The notes: generated from the sequence alone by a model not told the origin. Shown: positions 1-12,252, counted from the first letter of the whole stretch. The stretch is 62,669 nucleotides of DNA, filler included, from Globobulimina sp. (GCA_003354225.1; 44 parts of 44 records of this genome joined end to end with filler, not necessarily neighbours in it); one strand, 5' to 3'. Numbers and translations are program-made.

Positions 1-1
1 T

Positions 2-1327
2 ATGCACTGGAATCGATTCCAAATTATCCAATGACTGCGGCTGCAACGATACTGGCAATACAGTGGGTATTTTACAATTATTATTTGTGATTTTATCCAA
101 TAAATGGCAGATTGCGACAAAGCCATTCCGCGTCAATAAGTTATTCACATTTGAATGGATATTACCTGAGCCTGCATATGTATTATTTATCAACTTCCAT
201 AATATTTTAATCAAATTGCAATCGTATCCAACCGATGTTAAATATCTATACAAGGTCTCGTTGCTTACCATTGGAGGACCAAATGGATTATGATGGTTAC
301 TGTTGGATTCACGCAGTAATAAAACGTCATATAAGGTGTCATATTTTGTCTTTACTGCTACGGGGATACTCCATTTTGAATTATTACTGTTTGCAATTGT
401 ATCCACTCGCAACATTGGGAGCTTCCTATTTCTATTTGTGGATACTTCACAACTCTCACTTTCCAATTCTGTGCTGGATAATGACGAATTTGTGGATGAA
501 TTGGACAGCGCTCGATTCCTTCGGTTTGGTGCTGCGCTCAATTCAGTATCATCCTTGTCATCATCGTTTGGGATAAACGATGGGTTTAACACAGCGGTCT
601 TGGTTTCGTCCACATGGAATAATGGTCCTTGCGGCGCTGCAAAGCGAATATTATCATTATTGTGTAACAGTGGCTGCTGTTGATCGAGTGGACTGAGCGG
701 AGTCAGTGGAACAATGTGCTGTGTGTTTGAAACTAAAAGCTGTTCAAATAAATCAATTTCAGTGATGGTTAATGTATCAATCACTTGATATTTATTTTCT
801 TCATTGATCCAGATTTTCCATATCCTATTTTTTATATTTGTTGGATGCAATGCATTGTCATGGCAACATCCACCAAACTGAATATTATCATTATTTATAT
901 TCTCTGCGGCCATTCCATTGCCAGAAAATACCCAATTTTGGCTTCTTTGGCTATAATATAACATCCATTCTGTTTCATATTTTCTATAGAAAGCTCTCTG
1001 TGGAGTGGAGGGTGTATTTGTATCGGGTATGGTATTGATATTATTTTGCATAGCTTCATATTCTTTTTTTTCATCCATATTTTCTGGTACACGTTCAGGC
1101 GATGTGTACATAGAACTACGCGCTGCGCATTTCTGATCGATTGAGTTTATATGTTTCTTATAGATACCATTCATTGCTTTAATACAGGAGCCTGACACCA
1201 ATATAATCTCTGGAGCTTCCAACTGCGGACATGCATGAAAAACAATATTAGTATTTGCAAAATTAATGTTGTATGGAAAACGATATTGACAAACCTGCGA
1301 TATATGCGATTTTAAGTCAAGTACTTG
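2..1327 (-). CDS. Partial protein with C-terminal EH (Eps15 homology)-like domain; open at both ends, absent from the ORF track
   Basis: My translation gives a stop-free minus frame over the whole contig (QVLDLKSHISQ...); it ends WSIPVAVKTKYDTLYD...LIKILWKLIN...LTRNGFVAICHLLDKI...IPTVLPVSLQP, which follows the EH-domain pattern. Confidence 0.6.
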
Positions 1328-1328
1328 T

Positions 1329-1428
1329 NNNNNNNNNNNNNNNNNNNNNNNNNNNNNNNNNNNNNNNNNNNNTTAATTAATTAANNNNNNNNNNNNNNNN
1401 NNNNNNNNNNNNNNNNNNNNNNNNNNNN
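1329..1428. other. Artificial contig spacer (44 N + TTAATTAATTAA + 44 N); first of 43 recurring every ~1,426-1,428 bp
   Basis: Identical 100-bp block between all contigs; TTAATTAATTAA gives stops in all six frames; contig lengths fall steadily from 1328 to about 1325. Confidence 0.99.
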
Positions 1429-2331
1429 CATCATTTTCAATACTGCTTCCACGCCATGCACGTCACCAACCCGACTGTATGTGTTCAAATACGCACTGAA
1501 AACAGGAAACTGAGCTTGTGAAATTTGATTTTTATATCCAGTAAGAAATTGGTTGAAAATTCCAGTGGCTCTGCGCATTTGATTAGCTTTAGAACATACA
1601 CTAATCATTTCAGTGTACAACAAATGGTCGGGAGTTACGTTGTACTCAACCATCGATTGCCAGAAACGTTCTGCCAAACCATAGTGATTTTTAGCTTGGC
1701 GTCGACATGACTTAATCAAAGAAGTGAAGGTCACAATATCCGGTGACACTTTATATTCATTCACCATGATATCCAAATATTGCATACATAGTTCCGGTGA
1801 ATCAAAATGGGCCATTATATCAAAGAAAATATTGAAGACGATAACGTTCAATTTTACATTGGACTGTACTGCGATTTTCATGATTTGTTGTGCTTCTGTC
1901 CAGCCTCTCCATTTTCGACATTTAGTCAGAGCTTTGCCATACATGGATGGATGAGTTATTAACTGCCAGTCTCGCTGTATGATTTGTAATATCTCCCTCG
2001 AACATGTCGCATTATCAAGCGATTGTTTGATAGTCACATCTACATCGCAAGGGATCGATATTCGTCTTATGGTATCTGGATCACCTCTTTGCTGTTTACG
2101 ACGTATTGCATGATCTACGCCAGTAATATTTAGATCTTGTGCCATTTTATTAACAGCACCATTGTTATCATTGTTGTGGTTGTTTGAGCCAGTGTTGTTA
2201 TTTGTAATTTGTTTTTTTCTCTTGATGTGTTTTGAAGTGAATGAATTACAGCTAATGCGGATATAAATACATTGTTGTAACGTGATTACAAAGGGTCGAT
2301 AGTAGAAACGTGTTATCCGGCTCAAGAGCAT
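1429..2331 (-). CDS. Pentatricopeptide repeat (P-class PPR) protein, 3' truncated, with possible mitochondrial presequence
   Basis: 35-aa repeats such as PDIVTFTSLIKSC, PDHLLYTEMISVCSKA and VFSAYLNTYSRVG; Arg-rich, acid-free N-terminus MLLSRITRFYYRPF. Confidence 0.85.
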
Positions 2332-2444
2332 GATATAAAGCAAAGAAAAACTTGACAAGAAAAATCCTTAAACAGCTATCGGACCATTCTTCTGAAGAAT
2401 AACAAAGACACAACAATAACCATTGTGTTTAATATATAAACACA

Positions 2445-2756
2445 ATGTTTAAATGTCTTTGTGGTGGAGGATCGAATGTAAGTCACAACAACACCCCAAT
2501 TACAAATAACCACAACAAAGTCAACAACCACAATAAACACACTGCTGCAACCAACAACATCCACTCTCTAAAAACTATAAAAAACACACATCCCAACGGC
2601 ACGGAATTAGGCCACCCAGCCTCACCCAAATCGAATTCCAAATCACATTCAAACAAAAAAACAAACAACACAGCCAACGCCAACCCCAACACCAACACAC
2701 TGAACCCCTCCAATCCATCCCTAAACAGCGAAGCCGGCACCAGAGGCACCAGAACC
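2445..2756 (+). CDS. 5' end of N/H/T-rich protein of unknown function, divergent from the PPR gene
   Basis: ATG-initiated ORF MFKCLCGGG... running into the gap. Confidence 0.5.
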
Positions 2757-2856
2757 NNNNNNNNNNNNNNNNNNNNNNNNNNNNNNNNNNNNNNNNNNNN
2801 TTAATTAATTAANNNNNNNNNNNNNNNNNNNNNNNNNNNNNNNNNNNNNNNNNNNN

Positions 2857-3814
2857 TCATTCTATTTAAAATCGTGATCTCTTTGTTTTCAATTTTGTAT
2901 AAACGCAATTCATTTACTTCTGGAAAGGTAATCGCCGGAGGAATATCACAATCATTCTTATGATTCAATACTAAGACTTGCAATTTATTATTAAATGCAA
3001 GCAATATTTGATTGGATATATTTTGGTTATGATTATCATACACAAACTGTCTTAAATTTGGTAGACATTTTATGATTTTATCATTATCGAAATCCTCCGC
3101 AAACTCAGAACAAACTTTCACTAAATTCAAACATTCGAGCTTTGGGAAATTGGATAAAAAATCACAAATTGATTTTTTTTTGAATCGCGCTTGATTTAAT
3201 TTTAAAGTTTTAATGTTTTCCAAACCAATTTGTTTGCCAAGAATCAATTTATTAAATTCAATGTCATCGTTATATGAGTGAGCGTGTATTGTTAATGTAT
3301 TTAATTTGTTGTTCTTTTGCCAAATTAGTTGGTTTGAGGATGATAACGTATTATTAAAGGAATATAAACCAATGGATAAATGAGTGAGATTTTTTAATCT
3401 GTTCATACTTAATGATTTGGGATAATTTAGGAATTGATCGAAGGATATTTTTTGAATTTGTGGGAAACAATACACTGATTTATATATTTTGCGATTTGCA
3501 CAAGAAAAGGTAATATATTCATATGTTTCAAGGAATGCAGCACATTTTGATATTAATTCGGATGGTAATTCATTTAAATTGTGACATGGATTGGTTTCTT
3601 TTTTTTTATTTGGGTCTGGTTTCCGTTGGTTGATTATTTTTATTGTAATCTGTGTGAACGGAATTATTGACGCTGGCGATTTTTGAAATGCTTTGAAGAT
3701 TATCTTGGCGAAACCTTTCCTTCCGATGGATTTCATGCATTCTGATACGAATTGATTGAATTCGTCATTTTTTAGTTCATCGTTCAATAATCGGAACCGA
3801 ATTAACTCTTCCAT
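2857..3814 (-). CDS. F-box-like/leucine-rich-repeat protein, 3' truncated
   Basis: F-box-like LNELPSELISKCAAFL...FSCANRKIY followed by LxxLxL repeats (LKNLTHLSI, FPKLECLNL, LPNLRQF). Confidence 0.6.
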
Positions 3815-4286
3815 GATTTTTTTAGTTGAAAAAGAAAAGTTGATGATTTTTTGGAAAAAACTGTTGAAAACAGCAAAACTGTGGACGTGCCCAAAACGGC
3901 TGAAACGCTAGATTCTGACACTATGATTGGATGAAATGGTTACATCACAAATTCACTCTATGAATGAATTAGTACTAAATACCTATTGAACTTAAAATAG
4001 GAAACAACGTAAAAAAGTACAACAATTATATGGGAAAACAACAATAGAATGAATAGATCGATCAATATGCAACAATTTATTGAAAGAACACAACAAACAA
4101 ACACTAAAGAAAAAGAGGGGTGAATGTGGTGATTTAAATGTTAGTCAAATTTCTATCAACGAATGGGTGACTGAAAATTCTGAANNNNNNNNNNNNNNNN
4201 NNNNNNNNNNNNNNNNNNNNNNNNNNNNTTAATTAATTAANNNNNNNNNNNNNNNNNNNNNNNNNNNNNNNNNNNNNNNNNNNNAT

Positions 4287-5445
4287 CCGTTCTTCGTATC
4301 ACCACGAAGTGATACAATGGCAATAGCGAGACGAAAATCGCAAGAGAAATCTAAACAAACATTGAAAAAAAGAAAGAAAAAGTATATAGAAGAAAAAAAT
4401 AAGAAGCAAAACAATAATCTCCCAGCTGCAGCTAAAACAAATGTAATTGCAACAAATGATAGGAAATACAGCTCAGAGACCTCAGTCTCTGCCTCTATGT
4501 CGGATGAGATATTATCAGTTGCGTCGCGATCAGATAATAATCACAATCACAATCAGAATAACATTAACATTGTGAATGACATTCAGAATGAAATGATGTA
4601 TTTAATACTCGCTAAGCAAAGGGACGAAGCCACTGAAAAAGTAAAAGAATTAGAAAGTGAATTGCTTCAAAACGACGTCGAATTTGCATTAAAATATGTT
4701 GAGTTCAAGAAACAATTAAAAGACTACAAAAAGACAAACAATTGTTTGCAAATTGAAAACGAGAAATTAAAAAATGATGTTCAAAAACTAAAAAAAAAAC
4801 TAATTTTATTCAATGAAAATAATAATTTCGACTCATTACTCAAAAAACGAAGAAAATATCAGCAACAACAACAGCAACAACAACAACAACAACAATTACC
4901 TAACTTTTGCAGGAAAGATTATCAAAAAAAAATGAAAACACAAATGGACACCAAAATAAAAAAAATGAATATTCTCAAACCCAAAAACACGAAAAAACCA
5001 AATAAGCAAAACAAAGTAAGTATATATTGAGTAATTATAAAAACACTAAATATATAAAAACAAAAAAAAGCAACAAAGAATGCCGTTTATTGTGGCCAAC
5101 CACGCGAATAAACCTTCGAATTCGTCCTCGTCCTCGTCGTCATCTTCGACGTCGTCATCGGTGACAGTCCCATCCTTGACTCACGTCAGACATTTAACCA
5201 CCATCTTGGAGGACAATATCGATATCATTGCAAGTGAGGAGTCCATCTCTTATATGAGTAACAATACCATGTTGTTGGATGATTTGCAGTTTCCTTTGGA
5301 TATGCAATCCGATATTACACCGGTTCATGATCATAATATGTCCAATTTGAGCATTGCGAGTTTGAATGAAATGTGTGATGAAAACGTTAAAAGCCCAGTC
5401 GAACTTGGTGCCGATTATTGTTTTAATGTAAGAATAAATGTATGA
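4287..5445 (+). CDS. Coiled-coil, polyQ/polyS protein, two exons (intron about 5016-5078)
   Basis: ORF 4317-5030 joined via a GTAAGT...AAAG intron to ORF 5080-5445; T-rich 3' UTR follows. Confidence 0.55.
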
Positions 5446-5753
5446 GAATATGATATTTATCAGATATATATTGCAAGTGTTTGTTTTTATTTTTTACTTT
5501 ACACTTTTATTTTGTTTTATTTTTTTTTTATTTTTTTTTTCATTTTTTTTTCTCCGACTCGATTTATTTAGTTCGTGTTTTTGTGTTTATTTGTTTATTA
5601 ATCTTAATTTTNNNNNNNNNNNNNNNNNNNNNNNNNNNNNNNNNNNNNNNNNNNNTTAATTAATTAANNNNNNNNNNNNNNNNNNNNNNNNNNNNNNNNN
5701 NNNNNNNNNNNTCAAACGTGTGAAAATGGCACGTTTCATACAATTTATTTAAT

Positions 5754-5817
5754 GTGATGGTAGCTTAAAAAAAGCATCTTTTTCAAGAAGATTTGGGTTC
5801 AAATCCCAATCATCACA
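5754..5817 (+). ncRNA. Miniature tRNA-like cloverleaf (possible UCA anticodon); function unknown
   Basis: Acceptor GTGATGG/TCATCAC (7 bp), TA, D-stem GCTT/AAGC, anticodon arm TCTT-TTTCAAG-AAGA, T-arm TTGGG-TTCAAAT-CCCAA, discriminator A. Confidence 0.6.
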
Positions 5818-5856
5818 TCACGCAAAGACCAACCAACCAAACACAAAAACACACAG

Positions 5857-6104
5857 TCAAACCAACCAAAAATATCTGTATTGATTTAACATCGGCGGCA
5901 ATACATGCTATCGACACAAATGCTGTCTTAACAAGAATATCTGTGCTTGATTGGAATGCAACAGAATGTGGAATTGAATCAGATACAACAACAACAACCG
6001 CAGACATACAAAGCACCACAACAACACAGAGTGGTCATAGTGGCACAGCAACTAATAATCTTTCAATTGTATTTATTGTCGTGTTGTACTTAATAATTAA
6101 TTGA
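5857..6104 (+). CDS. Probable terminal exon of a Thr-rich surface protein with hydrophobic C-terminus (GPI-signal-like)
   Basis: Follows the acceptor-like AAAACACACAG; TTTTT-rich stalk, then LSIVFIVVLYLIIN-stop. Confidence 0.45.
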
Positions 6105-6772
6105 ACTTTGTGCATAGAAACATATGAGACAATATATACAGTATCACTCCCTAGTTATTTTCTGCGATAAAATGAAGATGCTAATATTTTTTAGAACTAA
6201 CTTTTCACTCAAAAACTTTGAGCAAGTATTTAAATGCTTTCGTCAGTTTGTATTTTTGATCCATAGGTCCCTTATTATCTGCCTATTATTACGCTACGAC
6301 TTCCCACAAAAACAATCAAAGGCAACTAGTTTTGACAACGCCTTTCAAGTTTCAACACAGTAAAATACAAAAAATTGGTTTACAAATTTAATATTGATCT
6401 ATTTCAACAAATAAAGCATTTCATAAAATAAATAGTTAAGCAGCATATGCAAAAACTATTGATATTATGGTTGTTTATGCATATTATTTGTGAGTTTTTT
6501 ACGGTGCGCTGGAAAAGTCACCGCCCAATACACCGTCAACAAAGCTCAGAAGCACCCAATGATATGAATGCGTATAATGCAATTTTCATTTTTGAGGTAG
6601 CCAATAATATACAAAGGACTGGTTCACTTTTTCACAGTTACTATCTACCTCAAAAACATTAACAAACTCACTCAAAATAATACGCACAAACAACCATTAA
6701 TAATATCAAAGCTTTCTCTTTCATTTACTTTTGTTTTGTGTTATACAGAAACGCGGATTTTCATTTTAAAAA

Positions 6773-7038
6773 ATGGCAAACAAAGAAACAATGATAAAAG
6801 ATAACGCCACAGCGACTCAAACAGAGAAGTCTGATTTTCAAATATTCAAAACAGACACAACAAACTGTAATATTGATGATAACGAAGATGAAATTGTAAA
6901 GAATTGCGACCATTTATTACGAATTGCATATTGTTTGCGATATTATCAGTTATTATGTCAGAAAGAGAGTGATTTGAATGCGCAACAAATATTGATTGAG
7001 TTTTGCAGTAATTCATATTTAATGTGTTTGTCAGATTA
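6773..7038 (+). CDS. 5' part of lineage-expanded unknown protein (paralogue of 39585-39854)
   Basis: CDHLLRIAYCLRYYQLL...QQILIEFCSNSY aligns by eye with CKPIKRVIAALIYYEIL...QRIFSEFLCEMY. Confidence 0.55.
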
Positions 7039-7249
7039 NNNNNNNNNNNNNNNNNNNNNNNNNNNNNNNNNNNNNNNNNNNNTTAATTAATTAANNNNNN
7101 NNNNNNNNNNNNNNNNNNNNNNNNNNNNNNNNNNNNNNATGGATTGGTGGTTATTAGCACCACGGATGGATGGAAAAATTGAAAAGAAAAAGAAAGAAAA
7201 AAGAAAGGATTTATGGTCATGGATGACCGCAAACTGAATGAAAAAATTG

Positions 7250-8465
7250 AAAAAAAATGCGATTCGTTTGTGTTCTTTTTTGATTGCTTGTAAATCATAA
7301 TTCTTCCATTCATTAATTGACGGACATAATTTAAACTCATTCCAATTTCTTGTTTGGTATAAGTTAAACATTGCTAATTTTGCCAATGTGTCTGCTAATT
7401 CATTGCCTGGCTCGCCGGTATGCGAGTTTTTCCAGACCAGATGGACCAAAATGTCGTATTTTTGAAGAGTAGTTATTTGGGAATGTATATCACGTATTTT
7501 TTCATACACAATCGTGGATTTAATGTCATCAAATTGTCGTCACTATCAAATAAATGAGAATTCAAATTTGTGGGGACATCTAAAGGCGGATAGTATGATA
7601 GGTTATATTTTGGGATGTCACACAGTGAAATATTGCGCATAAAGATATAATCCGATGATTGCATGTTTTGAGCTGTACGAAATACTGTGTTGAAGAGACC
7701 ATTGTCAATATTAAATGATTTTGATTTTGATTTTTTGCCTTTTAAACTGTATGATTCATCATTTTCTGAATTATCTGTATATTCCCACGACGTTCCGTCA
7801 ATGTTATTTCGTTCAATTGCTCCAATTATCTCAATGTCTTTCAATGTGATATTTTCACATTGAAACTCAATGCTTTTCATTTGGTGTTTTGGCTCATTAT
7901 TATATTTGGTTTGATCTGCTTCGCGTTGCATGCTCCAATCGTTCCAATAATGGGTCTCAATATATGTGGATAGTACATTTGTGTCTGGAGCGCGTATTAA
8001 TTTTGACCATAGATTGGCGAGTCTATAATCCACAAAATCTTCAAAATCTATCCATTTTATTTGCATTTGCATAATATGGAGCGGTGAGGAATTGTCACTG
8101 TCTCCGTTACTAAATCGAATCATGTCGTTGTAGAGCGATTTGATTTTATGTCTAATTTTTGTTTTTGATGATCCCCATAATTCAATACCATATAATTTGG
8201 GTATTATCAATGCTTTAAATAGTTGTTGTATCCAAAATGCTTTTATCACTTTCGAATTGCCAAAGTTTGACATAATTTTTAATACTGAATTTTTGCATTT
8301 ATGGTAGATTTTTTTCATCCAAATTTCTAATGTAAGATGAGTGTCAAGCCAGGCGCCTAAATATTTGACGACAGTGAATTCGCCTGTTATTGGTACGTAT
8401 TTGTTGTCCAAATCCTTTAACATAACGATATCTAAGTAATTATCAATGTGGTTATTTGCGTTGAT
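7250..8465 (-). mobile_element. Decayed non-LTR retrotransposon ORF2 3' part: RT thumb plus C-terminal half of RNase H
   Basis: VKYLGAWLDTHL (KYLG motif); second frame HLVWKNSHTGEPGNELADTLAK (RNase H WxxxHxGxxGNExAD); frameshift or deletion near 7490. Confidence 0.8.
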
Positions 8466-8567
8466 NNNNNNNNNNNNNNNNNNNNNNNNNNNNNNNNNNN
8501 NNNNNNNNNTTAATTAATTAANNNNNNNNNNNNNNNNNNNNNNNNNNNNNNNNNNNNNNNNNNNNAG

Positions 8568-9362
8568 GAAATTGAAACAATTATTAAATCATATATCAGA
8601 GTGTCAAAAGGTTACATTCAATATGTATATTTTTACAGTGTTTCAATGGATAATATTATTATGGATGAATATATTAAACAAATTCAAACAATTATGATCC
8701 ACAAACTGATGCCATGCCAAGTTGTATCACATAAAGCAGCATATTTTCAATTAATTGCAAATGGATACAAAACATTTGAGAGTAAATTCCCATTTTTATG
8801 CAGCACCAACCTACAAACAACCAATCCATTTGTGTGCGATAACAAAATATATGCTCCAATTGTAACGAAAGAGCATCCAAATCAAATAATTTACGGCAGA
8901 CTATATTTAGGAGATATTCACCAAGCTTTTGATGAGATTATTTTAGCAAATTTAAAAATAACGCATATAATTAATTGTTCATATTTAATCACCAACAAAT
9001 TTGAAAATAACCAAACAATAAATATTAAATATTTGAAGGTAAATGTGAGTGATCAACACAGCTCGGATATTACCCAATTTTTTGACATTACGGCCGGTTT
9101 TATCACAAAGGCATTGTCAAATAAAAACAGTAGACTTCTCGTTCATTGTCATTGCGGAGTCAGTCGGTCGAGTACCATTATAATTGCTTATTTAATGAGA
9201 ACAAGGCATATCAGACTCGATCAAGCATTTGATTTTGTGAAACAAAAACGAGAATTTATTGATCCCAATCCAGGATTCATAAAACAGTTAAAACGATTTG
9301 AAAAGAAATTGTTTTCAAACAACAACAATCCGTTTGTATCTGACGAAATAAATGAAAAATGA
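8568..9362 (+). CDS. Dual-specificity protein phosphatase, 5' truncated
   Basis: RLYLGD, ITHIINCS, catalytic VHCHCGVSRS (CX5R), AYLM, PNPGFIKQL. Confidence 0.92.
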   Translation, partial: EIETIIKSYIRVSKGYIQYVYFYSVSMDNIIMDEYIKQIQTIMIHKLMPCQVVSHKAAYFQLIANGYKTFESKFPFLCSTNLQTTNPFVCDNKIYAPIVTKEHPNQIIYGRLYLGDIHQAFDEIILANLKITHIINCSYLITNKFENNQTINIKYLKVNVSDQHSSDITQFFDITAGFITKALSNKNSRLLVHCHCGVSRSSTIIIAYLMRTRHIRLDQAFDFVKQKREFIDPNPGFIKQLKRFEKKLFSNNNNPFVSDEINEK

Positions 9363-9628
9363 TGGCGTCATGGCCAAACGTGTACTGTCGGTAACGTTTT
9401 ACGGAGAAAGTAACATAAATAAATCACCAAAATTGCAATATGTATATTCTTTCTATGCCAATGTGCTCCGGGCTGTGAATGCGATGCTGATAATTCTTGC
9501 AATCCACACAAATTATCCACAATCTCCTTTAATTACGCCGTATTCCGAGACACTCCGCAAATGATTGTTATGATCCTTTATCTGCGTTTTCTATTTAATC
9601 ATTATATTATAATGCAATAATGCCCAAT

Positions 9629-9697
9629 CTCAGACGCCAGGATTTGAAGCTGGATCCCCTGCATAAAAGCAGTGCTCTACCGATTGGGCTACGTGAC
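9629..9697 (-). pseudogene. Degenerate tRNA (Lys-UUU-like) pseudogene or tRNA-derived SINE head
   Basis: Minus strand GTCACG-TAGCCCAATCGGTAGAGC (A box/D-arm)-ACTGCTTTTATGCAG-GGGATCCAGCTTCAAATCCTGG (B box/T-arm); 6-nt anticodon loop and broken acceptor stem. Confidence 0.6.
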
Positions 9698-9994
9698 ATT
9701 TATGCAAACTTTAATTCCTACTCTTAACTCACTTAAAAAACAAACCGAAAACGTTGACAGAAAATGAACAATGCTGTCAGGAAAAGACGATCCCAATTAT
9801 TAGTAAGTGGATACGTCAGAAAATGCAGCACTCCATACATCCATACAGATATTATTAGCATTATTCATGCGTTCCATTATTATATCTTATTGNNNNNNNN
9901 NNNNNNNNNNNNNNNNNNNNNNNNNNNNNNNNNNNNTTAATTAATTAANNNNNNNNNNNNNNNNNNNNNNNNNNNNNNNNNNNNNNNNNNNNAC

Positions 9995-10813
9995 GACTCT
10001 CATGAGGATGTTAACATTGCTAAATATGATGATAAATATGCATTAGAAGGTCGTTCATTTTGGTGTGGTTTAGGTGCATTAAAATGGTATTTTCTTGAAT
10101 TTAAATGTGATAACAGCCATCAATCATTTACAATATATCTGTTCATATTATTAGCGACATGGGGTATATACGTATTGGGTTTCCATTCAGATCAGTTCTT
10201 TTATGCAATGTTAGCCGGCTGTTTGTTAGGTGTATTGATGGGTTTCTATGCCATCCCCAAAGTAAAAGATATCATGGAAATGAGAAAGGCATTGCGCGAG
10301 TTAGTAAAATGCAATATACGCTTAAGAGAGTCACACGGCGAGTTTCAAAATGATGTGAATGCTGTAAAGAAAGCGCATAGAAAAATTGATGAAATACAAG
10401 AAAGCATCGATGACACAAATGATAAATTAAAATCTGCCTATTCTGATTTTAGTGAATGTGGAAACAAATTAAATGAGAGAAATGTTAAAAACATTGAACA
10501 ATTAAAACGGTTAAAGTATTTTTTTGATGAATGTCGGACAAATTATCAGGCGCTGTTAACCCGCGCTGAGAAATCGTTTTTGAATGCAATTTATAGAGAA
10601 CTGCATAACTTTGATGGAAAAGCAGGTTTAAGTTATCAGGAATTCGAGCTATTTTTGCAAAAATTACCAAGTCATTATCAACAAAGGTTTTCACCGCCGG
10701 AGCGTACCTTTGCTAAATATGCGGGCGATGATGCAAATATGGACTATAAAGAGTTTCAAATTATGATTACTAATATGGCCAGAGCCGAAGCAGTCGGCTC
10801 TGCATTCTGTTAA
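9995..10813 (+). CDS. Two-TM + coiled-coil + EF-hand pair protein, 5' truncated
   Basis: Frame open from the gap; two hydrophobic segments; EF-like loops NFDGKAGLSYQEF and GDDANMDYKEF. Confidence 0.6.
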   Translation, partial: DSHEDVNIAKYDDKYALEGRSFWCGLGALKWYFLEFKCDNSHQSFTIYLFILLATWGIYVLGFHSDQFFYAMLAGCLLGVLMGFYAIPKVKDIMEMRKALRELVKCNIRLRESHGEFQNDVNAVKKAHRKIDEIQESIDDTNDKLKSAYSDFSECGNKLNERNVKNIEQLKRLKYFFDECRTNYQALLTRAEKSFLNAIYRELHNFDGKAGLSYQEFELFLQKLPSHYQQRFSPPERTFAKYAGDDANMDYKEFQIMITNMARAEAVGSAFC

Positions 10814-11419
10814 TTGCGATTTTTATTGTTATTAATACTTGTATCAGATTTTTAAATTTATTGTGTATCAGTTCGGTGTCTTTTTTTTTTATAATATACG
10901 TCTGGTTTTTTGATTTTCTTAGCGGAAATGAGAATATTAATGCAAAACTCGGAAATAAAAAAAAAACAAAATTATAAAAAAGGTACAAGTGTACAACATA
11001 AAAAATGGACAACACAAAAAACTGAGGCGTTCGAACAATCGCACACAAAAAAAAACATTAATTTTAAACAAAACATACATACATACAACAACAAGAAAAT
11101 TATGGTACTACTGTATGAAGATAAGCTATATTACAACAATGAACATATTTAATTTATAAACTCTAAATATATATATAACTAAATAAATATATATGATATG
11201 ATATCATAAATATTGTTTATTTAAAATGATGGGACCAATTTGATACACTTTGTTATGACTGCTATTTAGGCCACAGATAACAACCCCATTTGCATCATAT
11301 CCCCGATTATTGCGTAGCANNNNNNNNNNNNNNNNNNNNNNNNNNNNNNNNNNNNNNNNNNNNTTAATTAATTAANNNNNNNNNNNNNNNNNNNNNNNNN
11401 NNNNNNNNNNNNNNNNNNN

Positions 11420-12252
11420 CTTTCGATACGTTGTTTTCTTAATTGACGCTTGATTCTGCCTTCAATAAAATCGTTCAAATCGTACTTGTAATCTCGGTGC
11501 CGATCATAGGGATAACGCCCAGCAATCATCATATATAACATCACACCGAGCGACCACACGTCAGCAGCTCTGGCATCATATGACATCTTGCTGTACACTT
11601 CCGGTGCCATATAGTTCAATTTGCCGACTCGCTCATTGGTGATCCACGTGTTGTTATATGTTGCTGCGTCATAAGCAACGCCCCAATCAATTATTTTGAT
11701 AAAGGCGCCCTTTTTATCCAACATGGTGTTTTCCAGACTTAAATCGCGATGAGCAATGCCGTTACAATGAAAATAATATACACATCGCACGAGTTGGCGG
11801 AAATGTTGCTTGATTCTGTTGATGCGGTCCACTAATTTTAAATGTTTTTCTCGTTGAAATGCGCGCAATGTATAGTCAAATAAATCGCCACCATCACAGT
11901 ATTCCATTGCGTAGTAATAATTGTTGTCATCATTCCATACATAACCATTGACAATTCTGCATATGCCGGCATCCACATTGTTCAATGACGACAAGTATTG
12001 CAAAATGCGTAATTCTTCCAAATAATTTTCTGCCACTTTGAGTCTTCGCCGACTTAAACCTAAATTTACTAATTCTTTTGAGGTTTTCTTGATAACAATC
12101 GGTTGCGTGTTGGGATCTGACGGCTTTCCGGCTAACAATATTATCTGTCCTTGTAGTGTATCTTGTATTTTACGACGGATTGTGTAAACATGGATGCCAC
12201 CAGGTTCTTCTACGTGCAATTGTTGTTGTGTAAGTGATGTGATACCGCCCAT
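11420..12252 (-). CDS. Ser/Thr protein kinase (CAMK-like), 3' truncated
   Basis: IVIKK, MEYCDGGDLFD, HRDLSLEN, IIDWG, GKLNYMAPE, DVWSLGV. Confidence 0.92.

Noticed and set aside
63-1092. Five short ORFs in the ORF track
   Set aside because: Shadows of a single stop-free minus-strand frame covering the contig
6500-6540. TACGGTGCGCTGGAAAAGT as a Tc1-like terminus
   Set aside because: Single occurrence with no inverted partner in the window
10087-10116. Possible 30-nt GT-AG micro-intron
   Set aside because: In frame and stop-free (WYFLEFKCDNS), so no intron is needed
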